A stretch of 64,000 nucleotides of DNA from Camelus ferus (Eukaryota), in the NCBI RefSeq assembly GCF_009834535.1, contig NC_045696.1, positions 43,216,001-43,280,000 of the forward strand. Reading direction: 5' to 3'. The position numbers were made by a program, and so were the translations under genes. Positions 50,534-62,180 of this stretch are shown piece by piece. The notes below the pieces were generated by a model. It had not been told where the DNA came from. It searched no databases and saw only the letters and a program-made list of their open reading frames with translations. Every line of letters begins with the position of its first letter. Within the stretch, counting starts at the first letter, position 1.

Positions 50534-52263
50534 GTGGCTTTATCACACTGATCACACTCGATCTCTTCTGATTATACTATTTTTGATAGTTTGGGCTAAA
50601 CTGCTTCTTTTGTCCAATCTAGAATTACCCATACTCAACATAGTCTAACTAGTCATAAAATTATTCAAGTGTGGACAGCCCAGTAGTGACCAGCACTTAG
50701 AACACATTTTTTCTGTCTCAAATTCAATTCCTGCATTCTTGAAGTCATAGTACTCATCCAGATGAGGCACTTTCAAACGGGAAAACTAGAATTCATTTAT
50801 AAAAATTTTAAGGGAATAATAACTAGTGTAGAAATTGCCACATAAGGAATGGTAGAAAGAATTGAAATTGCCTTTTATGTTAAAATAAATATTTAAAGGA
50901 GATATAAAGACTTTTCAGGTACCTAATAAGGCTGCCGTATGGAAACAACCACTTTTCTCTTTCTCTAATACCAGAAAATGGGATTAAGTCGTATGAATGA
51001 AAATGAAGGATTTCAGGTAAAGGAAAAAGCACAATATGAAAAAAAACAATAGAAATGGAAACATGGTAAGGAATTCCTTGTTACTAAAGATACGAAGCAG
51101 AAGATGAACAATCCTTCCTTCTTCCTGATCCCACTACACGGGGATGAGTTGTGGAGCATATAGAGAGGGAATTAATGCCAAGAGCAGATTGTTAGGGTAG
51201 TAAGGTACATCCAAAGCCAACATTGTCCAATCACAGTTGACCTTTAGACATAGGACACAAAGAGAGACTTCTTCCAAGAAAATGGCATATGGGTTCCATA
51301 TATATGGATACATTTAATTAATAAAAATGTAACTAAGAGTAGTTATGTATCAACCTAATGGTAGACTGTACAGAGAATAGGTATAACATTCAGGGTATGA
51401 CTTCTAATAAAAGTCAACGATTGCAAACATTTTTTTAGACTGGGATAATAAAGGCTCACCCTTAGAAGCAAATTTTATATTCACTGGGATTGTGTCTATG
51501 TACATGGCATTTTCTACCAGGTGAGTTTTGATACTCAGCTATGACCTTTAGCTTTATTCTGTGCTTACTCCTTCTGTGATTAATAAAGGAAAGCAAGTTA
51601 CAACACTTGACGTGCTCCAGCCTTGAAATGATTCCAGAAAATATGCCTTGTAACAAAACATACATGTTTTCTAGAACATTTGCTATTCGTAGTATTACTA
51701 ACAAATAATAGTCACAATCTACATATAAACAATTATACATAAACCACTTAATCAGTGATTGATATCATTTGTGAAACATTTTTATAAAAATATTAAAATA
51801 TTTCTACAAACCTGATATATAAAATCATAGGCATTATTAGTTTATAAGCCAGAAAGCTGATGTTGTTTGGAAATTGAATGAGTACCTCACTATCACTTAC
51901 AACATTGCAGTCTGGGAGAGGCCAGAATCTGGAAAGACACCTGGAAAGTGCTCCAGGGGCACTGCAGCTGAGAAGACTTTGGCTAATAGGAAAAGCCTGG
52001 AGGAGGCTGGGTGGGGAGAAGGATTTTGAGTTTCTCCGACTTAGGGTCTGGTGATTTCACTTATACAATAACACTATTCAGGAAAATGTCAACTACCACA
52101 CCTGTATTTTAAAGGCTCAGGGGTGTCCTGGGTTACTGAGGAGATTGTTGATACAATTAGCTCCAATAGGGTACAGACAGTTGTCAGCTCTGTTAGTGAC
52201 AAATGGGTTTTCTCCAAGCTGTTATTGATGGGGGATTCTGGCAAGAGAGAGAGACACTTTAAA

Positions 52264-52340
52264 TCTGTCTGTCTATTTACCTACCTACCTACCTACCTAC
52301 CTATCAATCATCTACCTATGTAATCTACCATCTATCTATC
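52264..52340. repeat. Compound (CTGT)/(CTAC)/(CTAT) microsatellite
   Basis: Direct inspection. Confidence 0.85.
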
Positions 52341-52428
52341 CAGCTAACTATCATTACAGCATAGTGTTCTCTTGGATAGAAAAAAAAAAAAAGCAAAAAC
52401 AAAAACTGGTTTAGCTCTCATGAAATTC

Positions 52429-52879
52429 TGTGGTACTGGCAAGTACCACGGGGAAAATGTACTTCTTACATCTCTGACTGTGGGAAGCCTATTGACTGAC
52501 TACCCCAACTACTGTGCCCTGAAATCCATCATTGTGTTCATGTTGAGGACCCACTTCCCACCGGCTGCTGTCAAGCAGTAACTGAGCATGGCGGGGATAC
52601 TAAGATGGACACATTCCTGAGAAATGAGGGACAGCCCTGATGACAGATTTTGACTTTGGAGAGGCTCCATCAGCCCTGCTGAATATTCATAGTCCAAGCT
52701 GCCATCTAAGAAGCTTTCTCCATCCCCTGTCTCTTTCACAAGAGTCAGACCTATATTGCAGACAGAAGGCTCCTGGCTCAATTCCCCCTCTTTTTTTTTT
52801 TGACATACTTTCACCTAATAAATCCTTTGGTTCTTCCTCCTGTCTTGAGATCTGCTTCTTGGAGAATTGGACTAATACA
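52429..52879 (+). mobile_element. LTR16-like (ERVL) solo LTR
   Basis: CTGAAATCCATC, ACTGAGCATGGCGGGGATACTAAG, AATAAA and end TCTGCTTCTTGGAGAATTGGACTAATACA. Confidence 0.8.
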
Positions 52880-54429
52880 AGCAATGGATGACTGTTTCCT
52901 GACAGGCAGAAGATGAGACATGGTTGTCAGATAAAGGTGTAGTTGAGGGCTTTGAGTTTCAGAAGACAGGCCTTTGGAGCTTACATGTCAGAAGGGCCTT
53001 TACAGTGATTGTGGATAACAACATCTTGCTTAATGCATACCTGTCTGGGAGAGCAGAGAGACTTTGATATTGCTTAGTTTAAACTTCTTTAATCATGTAA
53101 TGGAGATGTAAGTGTGCAAGCTAACCACTTTGGCACACTTAAGAGTCTTATGTGTATATATACCACACCCACTGTGTGTTTCTAGAATTATGAATAGGGA
53201 GAATATAACACAAAGTTTTTATATGGGATACAGTGCAACCTTCCAAAGATTTGCTTTGTTCTAAATATCAGAGGTTAAGCATAGATTTTTTTAAAAAGCT
53301 AACTGCTAGTTATTGTACAAGTTGTCCAGGAGTGGAGGAAGATTATGAAGGAAACACTGTTAGTGCTGTGAACAGTGGAGGTAGGCTTCCATTTGCTATA
53401 GATACTTATTTTCTCCACAAATAAATTTTCCTGCAACACCTTGATTTTATGCAGATGCAAATGCTAAAGTGGGGCAGGAAAAAAGCAATCACTCATCAAA
53501 CACACAGATTTTGGAGTTTTCATTATTTTTTAAATATTTCCCATAGTTATTCTTTGGCTCCACATGTCTAATTTACCCTGTACTTACCCTAGTTTTTGCA
53601 GCATTTATAGTAAATTATAAAATTCTTGGATTAATTTAGAGCTTAAAGAATTTGTGAATTCATTTTATTAGCTGTATTTTTCTGATGGCTTCATTTTTAA
53701 GTGATCAGTTAAGAATTTAGTGGCAAGAATTTATAATTTTGAACTGACATCATTTGTGGGGAAAATGAAAGCATGTTATTTGGTTATCAGAGATGCATAA
53801 AGGCAGCATGCTGAATTTCTTAGCTCGACAACTCAATGTCTATTTCTTAACATACTTTCAAAAGGAGCGTGGCAATCTGTTAACTGCCAACCTTTAGATT
53901 TAGTATAAAGAAGGCACATTAAAATAAGGTGAAGATAATAGGAAATGTTCTCGATGAAGCCCAAATTGCTCTGTTACATAAAGAATGTAATAATGATAAA
54001 AATCAAAGAAATATAATCAGAGGCTCTAATTCCATGCCACCTAGACATTCCTGTGGTATTCATCTCATTCAAGTTCTGCATACTTCTGGTTCTACTATAT
54101 TTCTCCCAAACACTTTACTTGAAAGTAAGGACAAAACATATCAATTTTTTTGACATTCCTGAAGGGAACTAGCAAAATTCTTAAGTTCTTTCCTAACATC
54201 TGCCTTGCTTGTATCCTTGGCAGCACTGTTGCTTACTGGAAGCACTGGTGCGTTTGCCTTGGCTGAAGTACCACATCAAGTTCTGTCATTCAACTTAAAG
54301 AATTCTTCAAGATCTAGTAAAGCAAACAATAGGAATATACAAGGAGAATGTTCTCAAACTTGAATCTTAAGATTACAGTAGAGGAGCCTAGGAAAGTATT
54401 TCACCAAATATGGGGGGGGGGGGGGATGA

Positions 54430-54999
54430 CAGCCAGAAAAGCAAAGTAGCCTGGGGCAGAGTGAACAGAGAGAGAAGGGTAACACAACAGGAGAGAAAGC
54501 TGGAGAAGTACGAGCAACCATATGATGTAGGGCCTTTTAAGTCATAATACGGATTTTGGTTTTTCCTCAGTGATATGAGAAGTCACTGGGAGATTCAGAC
54601 CAGAAGAGTAATATCAGATTTACATATAAAGAAGATTATTCTGGTTGCTATATTGAAGATAACCTGTAAGAAGCCAGTTAGAAAGTGAGAGATGCTGGTG
54701 ATTTTGACCAAGCTGGTGAGAGAAGTCTCATTCGAAGTGATGGAATTCTGGATGTATTAAAGGTAAAGTAAGTAGGATTTCTGACTGATCAAACTGAAAT
54801 TAGAGACTTAGGGAGAACTTGAACTTGGCACCAGTGTTTTGGCCCAAGCAACTAGAATAGAGTTATTTTAACTGAGGTGGAGTAGTTCTGAAAAGAAGTC
54901 AGTTTTGGACATACTAAGTCTGAGATCTGTATTGGACATTTCAATGGTAAGTGTTGAGTAAGCAGCTGGATATTTGGTTCTGAAATTCAGCAAGTGATA
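54430..54999 (-). mobile_element. L2 fragment (left part, interrupted by the full-length L1)
   Basis: AGTTTTGGACATACTAAGTCTGAGAT...GTAAGCAGCTGGATATTTGG resembles the antisense L2 3' region. Confidence 0.8.
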
Positions 55000-56040
55000 G
55001 AGACGAGGCCAAGATGGCAGAGTACTAGGACGCTCGTAGCTCACCCTCTCCCATAGATACACCTAGACTCACATCCACGGACCCACTCAGCCAACCAGAG
55101 CACCTGTGGAACTCTGACAGAACATTGTCCCCTTCAAAAGACAAAGATGCCAAAAATCTGGTAGGAGAAAGGAAAAAAAGAAAGACGAAAAGGCAAAACA
55201 GTGCGGGACTGGTCCCGCGGGGAGGGAGCAGCAAAGGAGAACTGGCGCTTGTTCGCTGGGTCTCCCCCTCTCCAATGGCGAGGCCAGTGGGACAGAGGGG
55301 GAGCCTCCGAGGCTCAGATCTGTACGGAGCAGCCCTTGACCTTGACCGACAGAACTTAGTTAAAGGAGCACAGAGGGTCCCTGCGACACCCAGCCCAAGA
55401 CCCGAGCTGGGAGCCGGGACAGGCTGCCCGAGCTGGGCGAAGGATGGGGATGGCTGCACTGAGGCAGCCCCGGGGGACTGCAGGGGCTACGCAACGTGGA
55501 TGAGTGGGTGCACAGGGCAGAACAACCTGGGCCCTCCATGAAACAGCACGGCTGATGCGCCCTGGCAGGAAGGGTTCATATCCCCATCTCTGAAAATCCA
55601 CGGAAGGTTTTCAGCGAGGAGAGGCGGGGCTCAGACGCAGCCACCATACCCTCCGGTGCTTGGCACCCAGGTGGAGGCGGGGGCGAAACATGAATTTGCA
55701 TCTAGGGGATCGGCAGCCTCAAAGGCCAAACGGTTATGTGTTTGTAACCCGTCATGGAGCAGGGGCGGGGCTGTTCCGTGGTCTTAGCTGGCCCGCCTGC
55801 GGAGCGCTGACGGGGCGGAACCATGGAGTGACTGGCGCCAGGAGACAGCGGGTGGCCCCCAGCCTTTCCAGCAGGAACGCTGTGCTGGGAGGGGCTGCGA
55901 TCTGCTTGCCGACAGGCACTGGGAACAGCACAGACGAGGATGGAGACGGAGGGCCTCTGGAAACAGCAAGCCGAGCTCACAAAACAGGGTGAAGACAGAA
56001 AGACGTCTCATTAAGAGCACACGGTCTCCAGGAGAACACC
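55000..56040 (+). promoter_or_regulatory. L1 5' UTR internal promoter / CpG-island-like region
   Basis: YY1 motif CCAAGATGGC at 55009-55018; GC boxes (GGCGGG/GGGGCGG) near 55623, 55676, 55762 and 55812; many CpGs against an AT-rich background. Confidence 0.8.
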
Positions 56041-56541
56041 CTCTCCCCCCCTTTTTTAAAAATCTGTTTCTACCTGTTGTATTTTCTATTACCTTTTTAA
56101 TTTTTATGTTTTCAACAATTATATATCCTCCCAGTTTTAATCCCTTTACAATTTTTCTTTTAAAATATTATTAGTATTTTAAAAAATCCACATGGTGTCA
56201 TTTTTCTCTCTCTTGGTTTTGATCTCCTGTTATTGATTATAAATAGGTTTCAAATATTGTTTTTTGATCTTTTCTCCTTTTTTTTTTTTTAAGGGTTTTT
56301 AGGGAAAAAAAAGATGTCTCAATTTGAAAGCTAGTCCGATTCAAATTTCGCTTCTATAATTGATTATACACTGTTTTCAAACCTTTTTTTCTCCCTTCTT
56401 TTAAAATTCTCTTTCTCAAGCTCTCCTTTTTTTATTTTTTAAGATTTATTCCTACATAGGCATTAGATAGATAAATAAATAAACTCCTTTAAGGACCACA
56501 ATAGATAACTGATACTCCATAAGCCACAGTGCCAGAGAGAT

Positions 56542-57445
56542 ATGAGCAAGATGAAGAAGCAGAGAAACCATTCCCAATTAAAAGAACAAGAGAAATCCCC
56601 TGAAAGCATGTCAAGGAAATAGACATTGATGGCCTACTAGATCAAGATTTCAAAGAAAGGAATGATCAAAGTACTGAAGGAACTAAAAGACATAGTGTTT
56701 AGAGATATAAAATATGTCAAAAGTGAAACTGAAGCTATAAAGAAGAGCCAAGTAGAATTGGTAAACTCATTGGCTGAGATGAGAACAGATCTAAAGGCTG
56801 TGCAAAGCAGACTAGATAATGTAGAGAAACAAATTAGTGACTTTAGAAGATAGGACAACAGAAAGCACCCAATCAGAACAACTGCAAGATAAACAAATAA
56901 AAACAAATGAAAGCAACATAAGGGACCTATGGGATAATATAAAGCATGCCAATCTTCGCATAACTGGGGTCCCAGAAGGGGAAGAAAGATCAAAGGGGAT
57001 TGAAAAGGTTTTTGAAGAAATAATGACTGAAAATTTCCCAAACCTAAAGAAGGAATCAGATATCCAAATACAGAAAGTTCAAAGGGTCCCAAACAGGAAG
57101 AACCCAAATAGACTCACACCAAGACATATCATAATCAAGATGGCCAGAAGCAAGGAGAAAGAAATGATCCTCAAGGCAGCAAGAGAAAAGCAAAGAGTGA
57201 GTTACAAGGGAACCCCCATAGGGCTCTCAGCTGATTTCTCTACACAAACACTACAGGCCAGAAGGGAGTGGCAAGATATATTCAAAGTCCTGAATGAAAA
57301 AAAGATGCAGCCTAGGATACTCTATCCAGCAAGGCTATCCTTTAGGATAGAAGGACAGATAAAGAATTTCATGGACAAGCAAAAACTACAAGAGTTTAGC
57401 AACACTAAACCCATGCTAAAAGAAATATTGAAAGGTCTACTCTAA
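56542..57445 (+). pseudogene. L1 ORF1p (coiled-coil/RRM/CTD RNA-binding protein), frameshifted
   Basis: ATG at 56542 (MSKMKKQRNHSQLKEQEKSPE). It continues through ORF-track pieces 56662-56853 and 56837-57445, with the motifs LWDNIK, NLRITGVPEGEE, PRHIIIKM, LSADFS, ARREW and YPARLSF. Frameshifts separate the pieces. Confidence 0.95.
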
Positions 57446-57707
57446 ATACAAAAGCAGCAGGATGCTACAGAAATGAGAAACTCATAACTGGAAAGGTGAT
57501 AACTTTTGTTCTCAGTAGGATGGGTTCGAGATACAGTAATGGGCTAATAGACTTACAGAAAAGGGTAACCACAAGCCAAAAACTTACAAGGGAGTCACAA
57601 AACCTAAATAAAATCCATGATAATACAAAGGAAAATTACCAAACCACAAAAGGAAGAAGAAAGGAACAAAGAGGAAATACCAAATCAACTGCAAATATAA
57701 GTTCAAA

Positions 57708-60700
57708 ATGGCAATAAACACACATCTATCATTAATTACTGTAAATGTTAATGGACTAAATGCTCCAGTCAAAAGACATAGAGTGGCAGACTGGATAATA
57801 AAGCAAGAACCTTCAGTATGCTGCATACAAGAGACCCACTTTAGGGAGAAGGACACATATAGATTGAGAGTGAAAGGATGGAAAAGGATATTCCATGCAA
57901 ATGGAAAAGCCGGAAAAGCCAAAAAAGCAGGTGTTGCAGTACTGATTTCAGACAAAATAGACTTTAAAATAAAGGCCATAAAGAAAGATAAAGAAGGACA
58001 TTTTATAATGATTAAAGGAGTGATACATGATGAGGATATTATACTCGTTAATATATATGCATCCAATATAGGAGCACCTAAGTACATAAAACAGTTACTA
58101 ACAGAGATAAAGGGAGATATTGATGGGAATACTATCATAGTTGGAGATTTTAACACCGCATTAACATCACTAGACAGATCTTCCAGACAGAAAATAAATA
58201 AGGAAACAGAGAAATTAAATAATAAAATAGAAATATTAGATTTGGTGGATATTTTCAGAGCATTACACCCCCCTCCCAAAATAGGATATACATTCTTTTC
58301 AAATGCACATGGAACATTTTCTAGGATTGATCACGTACTTGGGCACAAAAGAAACCTCAACAATTTTAAGATAGAAATTATCTCAAGCATCTTTATTGAC
58401 CACAATGCCATGTAACTAGAAATCAACAACAGAGAAACAAAAGAGAAAGGAAAGCATGGAGATTAAACAATATGCTATTAAAAAACCAATGGGTCAATGA
58501 GGAAATCAAAGCTGAAATTAAAAAATACCTTGTGACTAACGAAAATGAAAGCAGAACCACACAAAATTTATGGGACACAGCAAAGGCAGTGCTAAGAGGG
58601 TAGTTTATAGCGATACAGGCCTTCCTCAAAAAAGAAGAACAATCTCAAATAAATAATTTAACCCACCAACTAAAAGAACTAGAAAAAGAAGAACAAAAAA
58701 CCCCAAAAGGCAGCAGAAGTAAGGAAATTATAAGGATCAGGGAGGAAATAAATAAAATAGAGATTAAAAATACCATAGAAAAAAATCAATCAAACCAAAA
58801 GCTGGTTTTTTAAAAAAATAAATAAAATCGACAAACCTCTGGCCAAACTCACAAAGAAGAAACAAGAGAGAGCACAAATTAGTAAAATAAGAAAGGAAAA
58901 TGGAGAAATCACAACAAATAAAATAGAAATATGAGATATCATAATATTCTCATATGATATTAGAATATTATGAAAAACTACATGGAACCAAACTGGATAA
59001 CCTAGAGGAGATGGACAAGTTTCTGGAAACATACAGTCCACCAAGACTGAATCAAGAAGAAACTGACCATTTGAACAAACTGATCACTAGAAATGAAATC
59101 AAAATAGCAATTAAAAAAACCTCCCTACAAATAAAAGTCCAGGACCGGACGGCTTCACTGGGGAATTCTACCAAACATAAAGAAGAACTCATACCAGTCC
59201 TTCTCAAACTCTTCCAGAATATTGAAAAGGAAGGAATACTCCCAAACTCATTCTATGAAGCCACCATCACCCTGATACCAAAACCAGGCAAAGACACTAC
59301 CAAAAAAGAGAATTATAGGCCAATATCACTGATGAACATAGATGCCAAAATCCTCACCAAAATATTAGCAAGTAGAATCCAATAACACATAAAAAAGATT
59401 ATACATCATGACCAAGTGGGGTTCATCCCAGGGACACAAGGGTGGTTCAACATATGCAAATCAATCAATGTAATACATCACATCAACAAGAGAAAGGACA
59501 AAAACCATGTGATCATCTCAATAGATGCAGAAAAAGCATTTGATAAAATTGAACACCCATTTATGATAAAAACTCTCACCAAAGTGGGTACAGAGGGAAC
59601 ATATCTCAACATAATAAAAGCTATATATGATAAATATATGATAAACCTACAGCCAGCATAGTTCTCAATGGTGAAAAACTCAAAAGCTTCCCACTAAAAT
59701 CTGGAACAAGACAAGGATGCCCACTATCACCACTCCTATTCAACACAGTCTTGAAAGTCCTAGCCACAACAATCAGACAAGAGAGAGAAATTAAAGGGAT
59801 CCAAATTGGAAAAGAAGAGGTAAAAGTGTCACTATATGCCAATGACATGTTACTATAGATAGAAAACCCTAAAAGGTCCACACAAAAGCTACTAGAGCTG
59901 ATCAAAGAATTCAGCAAAGTAGCAGGTTACAAGATTAACGTTCAAAAATCAGTTGCATTTCTTTATACTAATGACGAACCAACAGAAAAATAAAGTAAAG
60001 AAACAATCCCCTTTAAAATAGCACCGAAAGTAATAAAATACTTAGGAATAAATCTAACCAAGGAGGTGAAAGAATTATACACAGAAAACTATAAATCATT
60101 GATGAAGGAAATTAAAGAAAACTTTAAAAAATGGAAAGATATCCCATGCTCTTCGATTGGAAGAATCAATATTGTTAAAATGGTCACACTGCCCAAGGCA
60201 ATCTACAGATTTAATGCAATCCCTATCAAATTACCTAGGACATATTTCACAGAACTAGAACAAATCATAATACAATTTATGTGGAACCATCAAAGACCTA
60301 GAATTGCCAAAGCATTACTGAAGAAAAAGAAAGAGGCTGCAGGAATAACTCTCCCAGACTTCAGACAATACTATAGAGCTACAGTAATAAAAACAGCATG
60401 GTATTGGTACAAAAACAGACATATAGACCAACAGAACAGAACAGAGAGCCCAGAAATGAACCCACAAACCTTTGGTCAACTAATCTTCGAAAAAGGAGTC
60501 AAGAATATACAATGGAATAAAGACAGTCTCTTCAGCAAATGTTGTTAGGAAAACTGGACAGCAGTATGTAAAGTGATGAAGTTAGAACACTCCCTTACAG
60601 CATACACAAAAATAAACTCAAAAAGGATCAAAGACTTAAACATAAGACAAGATACAATAAACCTCCTAGAAGAAAATTTAGGCAAAACATTATGTGACAT

Positions 60701-61557
60701 ACATCTCAAAAATGTTCTCCTAGAACAGTCTACTCAAGCAATAGAAATAAAAGCAAGAATTAAACAAACAGGACCTAATGAAACGTACAAGCTTCTGCAC
60801 AGTAAAGGAAACCATAAGGAAAACAAAAAGACAACCTATGGAATGGGAGAAAATTTTTGCAAATGAAACTGACAAAGGCTTGATCTCCAGAATATATAAG
60901 CAGCTCATATGACTCAATAAGAAAAAAATAAACAACCCAATCCAAAAATGGGCAGAAGACCTAAACAAGCAATTCTCCAAGGAAGACATACAAATGATCA
61001 AAAGGCACATGAAAAAATGCTCAGTATCACTACTTATCAGAGAAATGCAAATGAAAACTACAATGAGGTATCACCTCACACCAGTCAGAATGGCCATCAT
61101 TCAAAAATCCACAAATGACAAATGCTGGAGAGGCTGTGGAGAAAAGGGAACCCTCCTACACTGCTGGTGGGAATGCAGTTTGGTGCAGCCACTATGGAAA
61201 ACAGTGTGGAGATTCCTCAAAAGACTAGGAATAGACTTATCATATGACCCAGGAATCCCACTCCTGGGCATATATCCAGAAGGAACCCTACTTCAGGATG
61301 ACACCTGCACCCCAATGTTCATTGTAGCCCTATTTACAATAGTCAAAACATGGAAACAGCCTAAATGGCCATCAACAGGTGACTGGATAAAGAAGAGGTG
61401 GTATATTTATACAATGGAATACTACTCAGCCATAAAAACTGACAACATAACACCATTTGCAGCAACATGGATGTTCCTGGAGAATGTCATTCTAAGTGAA
61501 GTAAGCCAGAAAGGGAAAGAAAAATACCATATGAGATTGCTCATATGTGGAATCTAA
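57708..61557 (+). pseudogene. L1 ORF2p (APE endonuclease, reverse transcriptase, C-terminal Cys knuckle), multiply disrupted
   Basis: EN motifs NVNGLN, CIQETH, GDFN, SRIDH; Z/RT motifs [14 protein letters not shown] and [12 protein letters not shown]; catalytic motif reads YAND at 59835-59846; [18 protein letters not shown] knuckle. Premature stop at 58413-58415 and several frameshifts. Confidence 0.96.
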
Positions 61558-61868
61558 AAAACAAACAAAGCATAAATACAAAACAGAAACAGACTCATAG
61601 ACATAGAATAAAAACTTGTGGTTGCCAAGGGGGTGGCGGGTGGGAAGGGATAGATGGGATTTCAAAATTGTAGAATAGATAAACAAGATTATACTGTATA
61701 GCACAGGGAAATATACACAAGATCTTATGGTAGCTCACAGAGAAAAAAAATGTGACAATGAATATATATATGTTCATGCATAACTGAAAAATTGTGCTCT
61801 ACGCTGGAATTTGACACAACATTGTAAAATTATTACAAATCAATAAAAAATGTTTTAAAAAAGTGATA

Positions 61869-62180
61869 TAAAGTTGGGGATTATTGACATAAAGATGGTG
61901 TTTAAAGACATGAGACTAGATGAATTAGAATAGAGAGAAGAGCCAAGGACTGAGGCCTGGAACAATCCAACTATTACTGGTTTGGGGAAATCAACGAAAG
62001 AAACTAAGACAAATGGTCAGAGATGTAGGGGGAAGTGCAGGACTTTTGTGAAAGACAAAAGAGGAAAGTGTTTTACGGTGAAATGCTTACCAACACCAAA
62101 TGTTGCTACTAGGTCAGATAAGATAAATGCTGAGAGATAACTATTAGATTTGAAACATGAATGTTACTGGTGAGCATATA
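61869..62180 (-). mobile_element. L2 fragment (right part, continuation past the L1)
   Basis: AAGATGGTGTTTAAAGACATGAGACTAGATGA...AGAGCCAAGGACTGAGGCCTGG is colinear with the L2 to the left of the L1. Confidence 0.8.

Larger units (their letters stand above)
55000..61860 (+). mobile_element. Full-length (~6.9 kb) LINE-1 retrotransposon, inactivated; camelid/cetartiodactyl-type subfamily; inserted into an L2
   Basis: Starts GAGACGAGGCCAAGATGGC (L1-type 5' end), followed by a GC-rich 5' UTR, ORF1 and ORF2 remnants, a 3' UTR with AATAAA (~61842) and an A-rich end. TSD AAGTGATA at 54992-54999 and 61861-61868; the flanks join into one L2. Confidence 0.97.

Noticed and set aside
51945..51970. CTCCAGGGGCACTG as a CTCF site
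   Set aside because: The core is one base short of the consensus spacing.
55025..56020. Antisense ORFs in the L1 5' UTR as an ORF0 analogue
   Set aside because: The listed minus-strand ORFs start at GTG/TTG rather than ATG, and such ORFs are expected in GC-rich, stop-poor sequence.
56637..61777. Long minus-strand ORFs (156 aa, 231 aa, etc.)
   Set aside because: Antisense shadows of L1 ORF1, ORF2 and the 3' UTR.
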